This document shows, in pieces, positions 49,736 through 61,480 of a stretch of DNA of 64,000 nucleotides. This DNA comes from Psammoneis japonica. Taxonomy: Eukaryota. Below the pieces are notes generated by a model. The model searched no databases and had not been told where the DNA came from. It saw only the letters and a list, made by a program, of their open reading frames with translations. Every line of letters starts with the position of its first letter. Positions within the stretch are counted from its first letter, which is position 1. Both the position numbers and the translations under genes were made by a program. The stretch covers positions 176,388-240,387 of the forward strand of contig QPGO01000100.1 in NCBI GenBank assembly GCA_008632985.1, given 5' to 3'.

Positions 49736-52700
49736 TCATCCATAGTAACCCTTTCTGATGGTATCCAAAAGCTGCGTCTCGTCAGTAACTGGATCAAATG
49801 ACTTCACAATCACATCTCTGTAGCTGTCCATCTTGTGTGGCGTAACTTCATTTTTTGACCGCAAGAACTTTCTCTCAATTAGCGATGGTTTCACACGGAC
49901 AGAGCCAACTCGATCAAAAATATTCTCACGGCCGACATGGCGAAAGCCCATGCGAAGCGGAGGCATTGCTGTGACTACGTCCCCATCGTTCACGACCCTC
50001 TGAGTGTTTGGCATCATTTTGTTGTACGCCGCTCTAAATGCACCGCATCCAACCCGTGGGCTTCCATAGGTGTAGCAAGCAATCTTGATACTCTCCTTTC
50101 GGTTACTTTCCTCAAGCTGATCCGAACTGTGGGAGTACATACCGACACATGTCGTAGGCACAAAGTGTGGCCTGAGCCCCACCAAGGCTGTGTCCCGTGA
50201 TGAGTAGTCGTCCCGGACTTGCAAGGAGCTCCTCTCGAACTATTGTGTGCACCTGCCGCCGGACACGGTTATAGCTACTCCAAAAACCAAAGTGTATCTG
50301 ACCAGCCCCTTCGATCTCATCTGACCTTTGGTGGCTGATTCGAGATAGTCCGGAACCCCACCCTTGCCATGTTTGGGAAGAAGATCAACCAGACGTATCT
50401 TCTTAATTTCGCCCCTACGAATCTTTGCCTCAACAACATCTGGAGAAATGTATTCAATGTTGGCAGTGCGTGTCTTCCATGTTCCGCATCTTCTGGAGCC
50501 GAAGTCGTGAGAAACGTGTCTAAATCCACCAAGACCTTGGACGACATCACATCAGTTTGCACCTGTTTCTTGGTAAGGGTTCCGCGAAAAGCGATGATAA
50601 GATCGTTCGTTTCCGTGTGCCTTAAAATGATTGCTCTGGTGTTATGCATATCTGTTCCTTCGGGTTCAGCCACATGGGCCACAACGGTGCATCCCATTTC
50701 CAAAGTGCTTTCCCAAGGGAGATAGCCTGGAGCGCTACCAGAACCACCTGCGAACCTTGTTTCACGTTCCTGGTCTTGTGTCCCTTGCGACGAACTATCG
50801 ATGTCCTTAGACTTGTTCTCTTGGGCAGAAGAATTTGTCGGCGTCGTCTCAATATCTTTACCGAGAAACTCCTGATTTGTAATTTCTGACGAATCACGCG
50901 AGACTTCTTCAAAAACTGGTCTCTTCCTTCTGAGCTGCCATTCCTTGAAATTACAGCAGTGACGGGTTTCTTCTCCACACCTGGCTTCTCTTTTGCTTTC
51001 ACGTCTGGGCTTTCACAATCTATTTCAAATGGTAAATAAACCTCTTTTGAACAAACCATCAATAGCCGTGTCAACTCGAGAATCATGAGAGATTCGCTGA
51101 ATCTCCGTCTTTCTCTGCCTCTTCTTCAGAAACATAATGTGTCTTTGCCTTCTCACTTGACCTACCTAATGATTCCGGCGGGAGGAAGAATAATTGGAAA
51201 GTAACGAAGAACACGAGCCCAAAAACCTTCTGGTAGAAACTTGTAAAACCACCATTCAAAAAATACATTCGATCCAATGAAGATACGTATTTACCGAGAG
51301 TGTCGAGGTGCGCGTAGTAAACTCTCTCATCCACAATGACGTCAATCACATTCACAATGATCATAATGAACTCCACAAGAACCCAGAGACCAGTTACCCA
51401 GAAAAAGAAACGTGATGACAGCTGAATGGGACGACTCAAGGCGTATGGTAGGTAGTTGAGCACCCTTTGACTCCTTCTGTTTGCCCAAACGTAGTAACCA
51501 AATGCAAAAACATTAAGAGCCAAGAGGAGTGTCAGAAACACAGATATAATCACTTGATCCCTGCGAATCCAATCTTCAGGAGCTGTAACATAACCCTGAC
51601 CACCGAGCTCGCTTGCAGTACCCGGTTCGTCCCAACCCGATATGCTGGGAAATCGATAAACATGTGCTAGAGCATATGTCACGAATAAACAGATACAGAA
51701 CAAACTTTTGCACCCGTAGAAGCTCCACTTTGAAACCACGAATCGCCTAGGCGCGTCGCAGAAGCAACCAAATACAAAGTAGAGCAAAGCCTGTCCAAAC
51801 GCCCCGACAACAAAAGCGGCAACCCAAGCCCCCTCGGCCAAAACTGCGTCTTCGTTACGTTGTCTGCGAAATTGCAATCCAACAATGATCGGGTTCACGC
51901 TCAAAATGAATCCGACGGAGGATACGATGAGCCATTTATTTTCTGTTGCCCACTCTTTGCATCTACCGCATATCTTGTAGATACTGTAAAACCACCACAG
52001 AACAAAAACGATGTATGCAGCCAGCACAATGGTGGTAACAATAGAGTCGGCAATCGGGTATTTCGCCTCTCCGGATATAACTAGGCTTGTCAGTATAACG
52101 CTGTCGGTATTGTTTGCCAATAAGGCTGTAGAAACTGCGCCACCAGGATCCCCCAAAAGTGCAATCCTCCATGCAAGAGAGTCTATTACCTCCTCACCCA
52201 GCAAATACACATACACAACGACTAGAGGGAGTAAAAGAGAAGCAAGTACACATTGGAAATTAGACGCTTTCTGATGAATAACAAGTGACGATACAAAGAG
52301 TAACAGTCTCGCTTACCTCGTGCTTTAAACGATCTCCCACTGACTTGCCGCTTGGGAGAGCGAATATTTTCATTGTCAATGACCATCACTCTCCAGTTGC
52401 CAATATTGTCGCAATCCTCTCCACGGAGGCACCCATATCCCTCAAGACGAACAGAAAACGGTTCATCTGCAACACTTGCGGGCCAGTCCTGCTCGGCAAA
52501 AAACTCTAAATCAACGTAAACCACATGGAATTCATCCCTCGCATCCCTCCCTTTTTGATAGCCAAACCAAGCCATGGCGACAATATCATCCCAGACAGGA
52601 TGTAGCTGTGGGTTTGCACCATAGTCAAGAATAGAGTGGTCAGCCAAAAAGACTCCAGAGTCAATCTGGTGAGATGTAAACGGTGGAGTACCCTGTATGG

Positions 52701-53442
52701 CCCCATATCCTTTCCAGTCGGACACATTGATTCCCGTCGAGACAACTCCAGTGTTTGCCAGTAGCACTGCTTCACTTGAATTAACGGTATCATAAGCAGT
52801 GCATGTTCCATTTGGAAGGAGCAAACAGAGTGGACCAGACGTGTCATTTACGGGAACAATCGCACTTGGACGGAATTCCGAGCGATTTCCATAGACACTG
52901 AGAACCTCAAAGATAATCGAGGCGAAGAATACCGCATGGACAGCGTAAAGAGCCCTCCGAATCACGTGATTTGGAGCAACCTCGAGATAGAATATGTTGC
53001 TTGTGAGGAGATGCGACCCCACAGCTTGATTTCCAGCCTTTCCTCTACCCTCAGTCAGTTTGGGAAGTTCTGCTTCTTCCACATCATCAGCTCGTACAGG
53101 GATTTCAGGCTTTTGTTCCGAAACAGAGAGCTGTTCCACGTCATCAACATCAGCCCCTCCAGATACTTCTTGATCTTCTTGCGAAACAGGAGACAGCACC
53201 CCAGCGTTATCATCCCGTTCCTCTGCATCTGCTTCTTCGAAATTAGCCATACTACCAATATCGAGCACTATTTCTTCACTAACCAGTCGCTGTGATGACA
53301 CAAAGCGTCCTTTTGATTCGATATCCTCTGCTGCTGTCTCACGTCTTCGTCGTGAGGTCCATGCTCGTGAAATGCTCCCTCGTAGACTAAAATTTGTACT
53401 CTCCATCTCATCAGGTTCCATATCTGACAACTTGCTACTCAT
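49736..53442 (-). CDS. Multi-pass membrane protein with C-terminal class-3 lipase domain, paralog B (intron near 52222-52316, indels)
   Basis: Shares NQAVGSHLLT.NIFYLEVA, ANPQLHP.WDD, SGWDEPGT and LPYALSRP.QLSSRFFF with paralog A. Lipase motifs AFRGT, TGHSLGG (near 50180, off-track frame) and YTYGSPRVG. Confidence 0.78.
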
Positions 53443-53819
53443 CTTGCATACAGCTAGAGCTAAGAGGAAACAATCTAATGCAGTACATACAGTAATGAGA
53501 TGCGAACGCCATGTTGGCAACGTTGATGTTGTTGTGTCTTGTTGCTTCGTTCGATCTTTTTTTTTCTGCGAAGTACATCGGACGGTTAAATGACGTCATC
53601 GCTTCTTCAAAAGTTCCCTCCGACAGGCGTCAGTCGCCTTTTTGACCACGCGAGAACCCAATGTTTGTGTGAAAGTGCCGACCAACGCCACTGCAGACGA
53701 CAGCTGCTGTGGTTACCGCACTTGATTGAACGACATCACCACCGTGTCGTCGTCGCAATTGCATATTTTTTTGTCGGACTTGGCGGTTCAACAACAACTT
53801 TCTCAGCATTCAAAAAATC

Positions 53820-54746
53820 ATGCCGGAAGGCAAATCGATAGCGAAAACGTTGGAGCCGTTTGTATGCGGCGGCTCGGCTGCAACATTTGCATCCATTTGC
53901 ATCCACCCCATGGACCTGGCCAAGGTGCACATGCAGTTGTTTGGGCAGATGAATCCAGGCAAGCCCGTTCCTGGGTTTCCTTCCATCATTGGGGGAATCA
54001 TCAAGAAGGAGGGTCCGTTGGCGGTTTACAGAGGCGTCGATGCTGCAATTGGTCGCCAACTCGTCTACGGTACGGCAAGGATCGGACTGCATCGAACCTT
54101 TTCAGACAAATTGGTAGAAATCAACGAGGGAAAGCCCATCAGTTTTGTGCAGAAGGCTCTTTCGGGAATGGCTAGTGGAAGTATTGCTGTATGCATTGGA
54201 ACTCCATTTGATATCGCGTTAGTGCGCCTTCAGAGTGACGGAATGGCTGATCCCAAGGATCGAAGAAATTACAAGAATGTCTTTGATGCTCTCATCCGAA
54301 CTGCTTCAGAAGAAGGTGTCGGAGCACTTTATGCCGGCTTGGCTCCCAATGTTCTGCGTGGAATGGCAATGAATGTGGGAATGTTGGCATGTTATGATCA
54401 AGCCAAGGAAGTTGTTGCAAGTCTCTTGGGCGATCCCATGACCAATGGTCCATCGCTTCCTACTCGACTAGGGTCGTCTGCCACGGCTGGCTTTACAGCT
54501 GCGCTTTTTAGCTTGCCCTTTGATCTCATCAAGAGTCGTTTAATGGCACAGAAGCCTGACCCAATGACCAAGGAGTTGCCATACAAGGGCGTGCTTGACT
54601 GTGCAATGAAAATTGCAAAGGCGGAAGGACCGGCGGGCTTCTTTGCTGGTTTTTCTGCCTACTATGGACGCTGTGCTCCACATGCCATGATTATTCTTCT
54701 CTCGATTGAATCCATTACAAACTGGTATCGTAAGGCGTTCAACTGA
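53820..54746 (+). CDS. SLC25A11: Mitochondrial 2-oxoglutarate/malate (dicarboxylate) carrier, SLC25 family
   Basis: Three Px[DE]xx[KR] signatures (PMDLAK, PFDIALVR, PFDLIKSR), RQLVYGTARIG and RRNYKNVFDAL. Confidence 0.9.
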   Translation: MPEGKSIAKTLEPFVCGGSAATFASICIHPMDLAKVHMQLFGQMNPGKPVPGFPSIIGGIIKKEGPLAVYRGVDAAIGRQLVYGTARIGLHRTFSDKLVEINEGKPISFVQKALSGMASGSIAVCIGTPFDIALVRLQSDGMADPKDRRNYKNVFDALIRTASEEGVGALYAGLAPNVLRGMAMNVGMLACYDQAKEVVASLLGDPMTNGPSLPTRLGSSATAGFTAALFSLPFDLIKSRLMAQKPDPMTKELPYKGVLDCAMKIAKAEGPAGFFAGFSAYYGRCAPHAMIILLSIESITNWYRKAFN

Positions 54747-54929
54747 TATTTCGACTTTACTTTTGCAAACTGAATGCGATGGATGGTAGACCTTCTAGAT
54801 GAAGTCTGAAATAAACGCTTTCTCTCCATGTGTATATTGTACTCGCTGTTGCAGTACTACCACTAGAGGTACAAATTCGAAATGCAGTAGTCTTAACTTG
54901 GGATATCGGTTGTCATATACCGTACGCAA

Positions 54930-57900
54930 TCCGACTGACTTCTTGTTTATCCCCAACCCGCGCGGAGGGAAAGCGAAATGTCCCGGAATTCGCAGCGGTC
55001 GTGGTGGACACGAAACTCGGACCCTCAGAGCATCCAGAGTTGAATGCAAGATGCACGGCATTGGCCATGCATTGGCAGCCTTAACACAACGTTGCAACGT
55101 CTCAACGACACATCCTTACATCTTGTGCACTCGTGGCTGACACTACAGAGGAAGTTGTTCATCCAGAAGCAGTTGATGCAAGTTTTCAGTGCCAGGTGAC
55201 TGGCTTGTTGCTTTTGCTCCTGCTGATGACAGAAAAGTGGCAATGTCAATGAGCACCTCTTTTCAGTGGACAATGCTCAAGCACAAAAGGAGCACTTTGA
55301 GAGGGAGGGTTAAAGCTGGTGAAACTGTGATGTGGAAACTGGAGAAGAAAGGCAAATTTTGCAGCAGCCAAACACAGAGGTGAGCAGAGCCAGCCATGAT
55401 TTCCTCAAGTCATGTGAGAGAATGTTGTGCTGCCTGCCCTTGGCAGATGCTGACAGCTCAGTGGCACAATGGGAGACAACAACATGAAGCACAGTGATTT
55501 CCTGAACCTTGGGTTCAACTGAGACCTTTTTGCACATGTTCTCAGTGAATGGCACTGGAGCTGATGCCATTCAAGAGATTGAAGCAGTTGAGAGTTGAGA
55601 CAAGTTTTCAGTGCCAGATGATGGCTGGCTTGTTGCTTTTGCTCCTGCTGATGACAGTAAAGTGAGAACATCAATGAGCCCCTCTTTTCAGTGGACAATG
55701 ATCAAGCACAAAAGGGGCACTTTGAGAGAGGGGTTGAAGCTGGCAAAACTGTGATGTGGAAACTGGAGAAAAGAGAGGCAAATTTTTCAGCAGTCAAACA
55801 GAGGGCAGGTGAGCAGAGCCAGCCATGGTTTGCTCCTCAAGTCATGTGAGAGAATGTTGTGCTGCCCACCCTTCTTGGTAGATGCTGATGGCTCAGTGGC
55901 ATGATGGGTGACAACAACATGAAGCATGGTGATTTCCTGACACCTCAGTTTCAACTGAGACTTTTTTTGCATGGTGTTGCAGCCAAGATTTTGTCAATGG
56001 ACAAACTGTTGCACACCACACAACCAAGCCATCAGGCATGAAATCTTGGAATTGACTTGGGCACTCAAGCTTCAAACAATGTGTGGCAAAACTGCAAACA
56101 CTCCTCTTTTTGGTCAGACCAAATGGTGCTCAACAATGAAATTTTTGAAGATTGGCTGCAACCAGTGCAAGATTTTCTGCAAGTGGCAGGCACAAACAAA
56201 TCTTGCAACTCACAATGCACTCACCACCAGGTTGGGAGTTTGAGTGGGGGGGGGGGACTTCTGTCAGCAAACAGTTTTCTTCCAAAGCCAGCAAAAAGAT
56301 TTGGAGAGGCTGGATGAAAATTCATGTTTGAGGGTGCCACAAAATGTGCAACAGATGACACAACAAGTGGCTGTGACACAGCAGTGGACTTTTCTGCTGC
56401 TCTTTTGAGTCCACAAATTGCAGAACATGGAGAGAGCAAGACCAGCTCTGTGATGGCTGGCACAGAAGTTTGTGAGATGACTGCTGTGACATTGATGTTC
56501 TTTTTTCCACCATGACAGACCCTTGAGCACAGTGGAGGCATTGTTGAGAAACTGTGGGGGTGTCGGGCAAAGCCGTGTGCATCACCCTCTGACAACAACA
56601 AAAGCAAACACATGAGCACTGACCAAGGCTGCACCATGGAGCCTGCAAATGTGCTCTTCTCCAATGAACAAGTTTGACATTTTGGGGCTCATTTTGCTGG
56701 CAGCTGGCCATTGTCCATCCAGCAAAAGAAACAAATGAGAGTCAGGTTTTTTGCTGCCCAAAGATGGGGCAAAACATGCTGCTCTGGCAGCTTGTAAAGT
56801 GAAAGGTTTGCAAACACATGCCATCTTCTGCCAAAATGGCAACCCATGTGTTTTTTGGAAACACTTGCTTTGGTGATGCATCATTGTTTTGAGCATGGGG
56901 CATGGTGGAGCAGATGGGTGGTTTTTGTTTTGGGATCAAAACAAAGGATGTTGGTGAGCAAGTGCATTTGTTGAATGGCAGCATGGTGGAAAGCCACTTG
57001 TTTTGCAGCTGGGAGAGCAAGGTTTTGCTGAGCCAACAAAGGAGCTGGCCACCAAGCTTTGGTTTCATTTTCTTGTGGGTTGTTTGGCAGGGCCGGGTTG
57101 CACCTGAAAATGCGGCTTCAGCTGTGAAGTTCAGCATCATTGTCAATGACCCTGATTTTGGCTCTGTGTGCTGTGTGCTGTCAGCCAAGCCATTCAATGT
57201 TCCATGTGAAAAGGCCAAGCAATGCTGAGAGTGCTCAGAATGTTTGAAAGAGACTCACCCCAAGCTCAGGGCATGCAACAACAACCAGTGCAAGAAATGT
57301 AAAAAATGCAGTGCATGGCATTGCATGAGCAAGGAAACTGTGCACTGCTGAATGAGAGCAAGCTGCCCCCTGTCAAGACAAAGAGGAGCAAGGTTGTGAG
57401 CAAGGCACTCAGAACTGGAAAACTTGCTGACGGCAAAATTGACCAGCTGCTTTGTGCCACACCGCACAAAGTTGCAGTTGCCAACCTTGTTGAAGCCACT
57501 GAAAAGCTTTTCAACAGGATTGCTTCAGAACAATGCACACCAACTGGCAGCTGTGTCTCCAGAACAAATGGTTGCTGTCAGCCCAGTTGCACAAATCTCA
57601 TTAGAAGATTCTTTGCAGTGGCTGCCACAGAAGCAGCTGACACAGGAAAGATTTTTTTGACTTGTTTGAATGATGGCTGAGAGTGGCATCTTTCTGAGAG
57701 AGATGGGGATGAGTGTGTTCCTTGTTGACAGTGCTGGCAAGTGAAGCCACAAAGCTGCCAGACAAATTGCCATGTTGGTTGTCAAAGCAACCATGATGAA
57801 CACATTCATGAACAGAAGAACACTGACCATGCTCAATTTGGGAGTGGACAAAGAGGAAGACATCAAATTATTTCACTGGGTGGGCAGCTCCAGGTGCTGA

Positions 57901-60900
57901 CTGCTGCAATCAGGCATTGCACAAGACAACAGCCTGCAATGTGTGAGCAAAAATGCACTTGTTCTGAAATGAAAAACTGGTCACTCTTCTTGTGCCAAAC
58001 AGATTTTGATGAAGTTGACACCAAGTTGAAAGCACTCCAAAGCATGATGGAATTTCTCCATGCTGGGAACATGCCAATGACAGAGACCCCATTGCCATGC
58101 TCTTGCAAATTGTGAAAAGCCTTTGCAAACTGCAACAAACCTTTGTTTTCCACTTTTGTCATGTGGCAAACTGTTGCCATCAATTGCAAAATGGCAGAAG
58201 TTCCACATCAAAGGCCCCGTTAATAAAATGACTGAGATGCTTGCTTTCACTGCATTCTCTCCCAAGTTTGAGGCATGTTGTTCCAGCAGCAGCAGCAGCT
58301 GTGCTGCAAGTTGTGAGCACTGCACTGCTGCATGGTTCATGGCATGGGGCCAGGGGCTTGGCCAGGTTGGGGGCCACCTGATGCTCAATGCTTGCAGCAG
58401 CATCACTCACTTTCCAACTGACTTCTTGTTTGTCCCCAACCCGCACAGAGGGGAAGCAAAATGTCCCTGCCAAATCCGGAATTTGCAGCAGTCGTGGTGG
58501 ACACGAAACTTGCACCCTCAGAGCATCCAGAGTTGAGTGCACGGTGCATGGCATTGGCCATGCATTGGCAGCTTCAAGACAACATTGCAACGTCTCAATG
58601 ACACATCCTTGCATCTTGTGCACTCATGGCTGACACAAAGTGGAAGAAGTTGTTCATCCAGAAGCAGTTGAGGTGAGTTTTCAGTTCTCTCACATGACTT
58701 GAGGAAATCATGCACAACAACATTCTCTCACACAACTTGAGGAAATCATGGCTGGCTCTGCCCACCCGTCTGTTTGACTGCTGCAAAATTTGTCTTTCTT
58801 CTCCAGTTTCCACATTGCAGTTTCACCTGCTTCAACTCCCTCTCAAAGTGCTCCTTTTGTGCTTGAGCATTGTCTGCTGAAAAGAGGGGCTCATTGACCT
58901 TGTCACTTTCCTGTCATCAGCAGGAGCAAAAGCAACAAGTGGTCATTGCTGACAGCTCAGCGGCACAATGGGTGACAAAAACATGAAGCATGGTGATTTC
59001 CTGAACTTCAGGTTCAAAGCTGAAACCTTTTTGCATGGTGTTGCAGCCAAGATTTTGTCAATGGGTGAATTGTTGCACTGTGCAACCAAGCTGTCACGCA
59101 TGAAATCTTGGAATTGACTTGGGCACATCTCAAGCTTCAAATGACATGTGGCAAAACTGCAAACACTCTCTTTGGCTGGATCAAATGGTGCTTGACAGTG
59201 AACTTTTTTGAAAATTGGCTGCAACCAGAGCAAGATTTTGCTGTGAGCAGCAGGGGCAAACAAAGAACCTCATGACTCACAATGCGCTCACCAGGTCAGG
59301 AGTTTGCATGGGGAAAACTTCCATCAGCAAACAGTTTTCTTGCAAAAAAGTTTTGGAGAGGCTGGATTGCAGAAATTTGTCCACAAAGCTTGCAACAGAT
59401 GACAATGACCAGCTGCAACACAGCAGCAGACTTTTCTGCTCTCAAGTTCACAAATTGCAGGACACACAGAGAGAGCAAGATCAGCCCTGCGATGGCTCGC
59501 ACAGAAGTTTGTGAGGCAGGTGTTGTGACATTGACACACCATTTTGCATCATGACAGACCCCCTTGAGCACAGCAAAGTTGTTGTTGAGAAACTGTGGGG
59601 TTGTGGGGCTAAGCTGCATGCATCAGCACTCTCTGACAACAACAAAAAAGCAAACATGAGTGCTGGCCAAGGCTGCAACATTAAGCCTGCAAATGTGCTC
59701 ATGTGCAATGCACAAGCAGGACATTTCGGAGCTCATTTTGTTGGCAGCTGGAAATTGGCCATTCTCATCACATCCAGCAAAAGAAACAAGTGGGAGTCAG
59801 GTTTGTGATGCCCAAAGATGGGGCAAAACATGCTGCTCTCACAGCTTGGAAAGTGCAAGGTCAGCAAACACATGTCATCTTCTGTCAAAATGGCAGCCCA
59901 GGCATTGGCAACACTTGCTTTGGTGATGCATCATTGTTTCAAGCAAGGAGCATGGGGCATGGCAGAGCAGATGGGTGGTTTTTGTTTTGGGCTCAAAACA
60001 AATGATGTTGGTGAGCAAGTGTGTTTGGATGGGAGCATGGGAAGCCACTTGTTTTGCAGCTGGGAGAGCAAGGTTGCTGGGCTGACAAAGGAGCAGGCCA
60101 CCAAGCTTTGGTTTCATGTTTCATCATTTTCATGTGGGTTGCTCACCAGGGGTTGCACCTGAAAATGCAGCTTCAGCTGTGAAGTTCAGCATCATTGTTG
60201 ATGATCCTGATTTTGGCTCTGAGTGCCATGTGTTGAGCCAAGCCATTCAATGTTTTCTCAGAAGATGAGCCCAAAATGTCTGAAAAAGACTTGCTCCAAG
60301 CTCAGAGCATGCAACAACAACCACAACCAGTGTAAGAAATGAAAAAAAGCAAGCAGTGCATGGCACCATGAGGAAACCATGCCCTGCTGAGTGAAAACAA
60401 GCTGGTCTTTGAAAAGACAGTCAAGCCATGTTTCATGCCCCCTGTCAAGACAAAGAGCAAGGTTGTGAGCAAAGCACTCAAAATGGGGAAATGGGAAAAC
60501 TTTTTTGAAGGCAATGTTGGCCAGCTGTCTCTGTGCCACATTTCACAAAGTTGCAATTGCCAAACCTCTTTGAAGCTGCTGAAAAGCTTTTCAACAGGGT
60601 TGCTTTAGAACAATGCACACCCACTGGCAGCTGTGTCTCTGGATCAAATGGTTGCCATCAGTCATTGCAAAAATCTTTCAGAAGATTCTTTGCAGTGGCT
60701 GTCACAGAAGCAGCTGTCACACAAAAGATTTTTGACTTTTTTGAATGACTGGAAGTGGCATCTTTCTGAGAGAGATTGGAACAAGTGTGTTTGTTGACAG
60801 CACTGGCAAGTGCAGCCACAGAGACAAAAGAGTTCCCACGTTGGTTGCCAAAGCAACCATGATGAACACACTGAACAGCACAAGAACACTGGCCATGCTC

Positions 60901-61480
60901 AATTGGGGAGTGGAGGAGGAGGAGGAGGACAACAAAACATTTTACAAGGCAGGCAGCTCCAGGTGCTGACTGCAGCAACCAGCTTTTGCACAAGACAACA
61001 GGTGCCAGCCTGCAATGTGTGAGCAAAAATGCACTTGTTCTGAAGAGAAACACTTGCCACCATTGTGCCAAAGAAATTTTGATGAAGTTGACACCAAGTT
61101 GAAAGCACTCCAAAGCATGATGGAATTTCTCCATGCTGGGAACATGCCAAGAACAGAGACCCAGTTGCCGGGCATTTGCAAATTGTGGAAAGCCATTGCA
61201 AACTGTGACAGACCTTTGTTTCCACTTTCACCATGTGGCAAACTGTTGCTGTCAATTGCAAAATGGCAGCACCACCACAAAGGCCCTGCTGGTGAAATGA
61301 TGACTGAGGTGCTTGCTCTCACTGCCTTCTTCTCTTCCAAGTTTGGGCCCATGTGGCTCCAGCGGCACCAGCAGCTGGCTGCACTGCAAGTTGTGAGCAC
61401 TGCACTGCACCGCTCATGGCACAGGGCCAAGAACTCAGCCAGGTTGAGGAGCACCTGATGCCCAGTGCTTGCAGCATGAC
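54930..61480 (+). repeat. Tandem ~3.1-3.5-kb duplication (54930-58400 / 58410-61480) with internal sub-duplication and inversion
   Basis: 54931-55180 matches 58413-58680. 55880-58400 matches 58945-61480 (TTTTGATGAAGTTGACACCAAGTTGAAAGCACTCCAAAGCATGATGG near 58004 and 61077). 55180-55460 matches 55600-55900. 58740-58940 is the reverse complement of 55200-55405. Confidence 0.85.
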
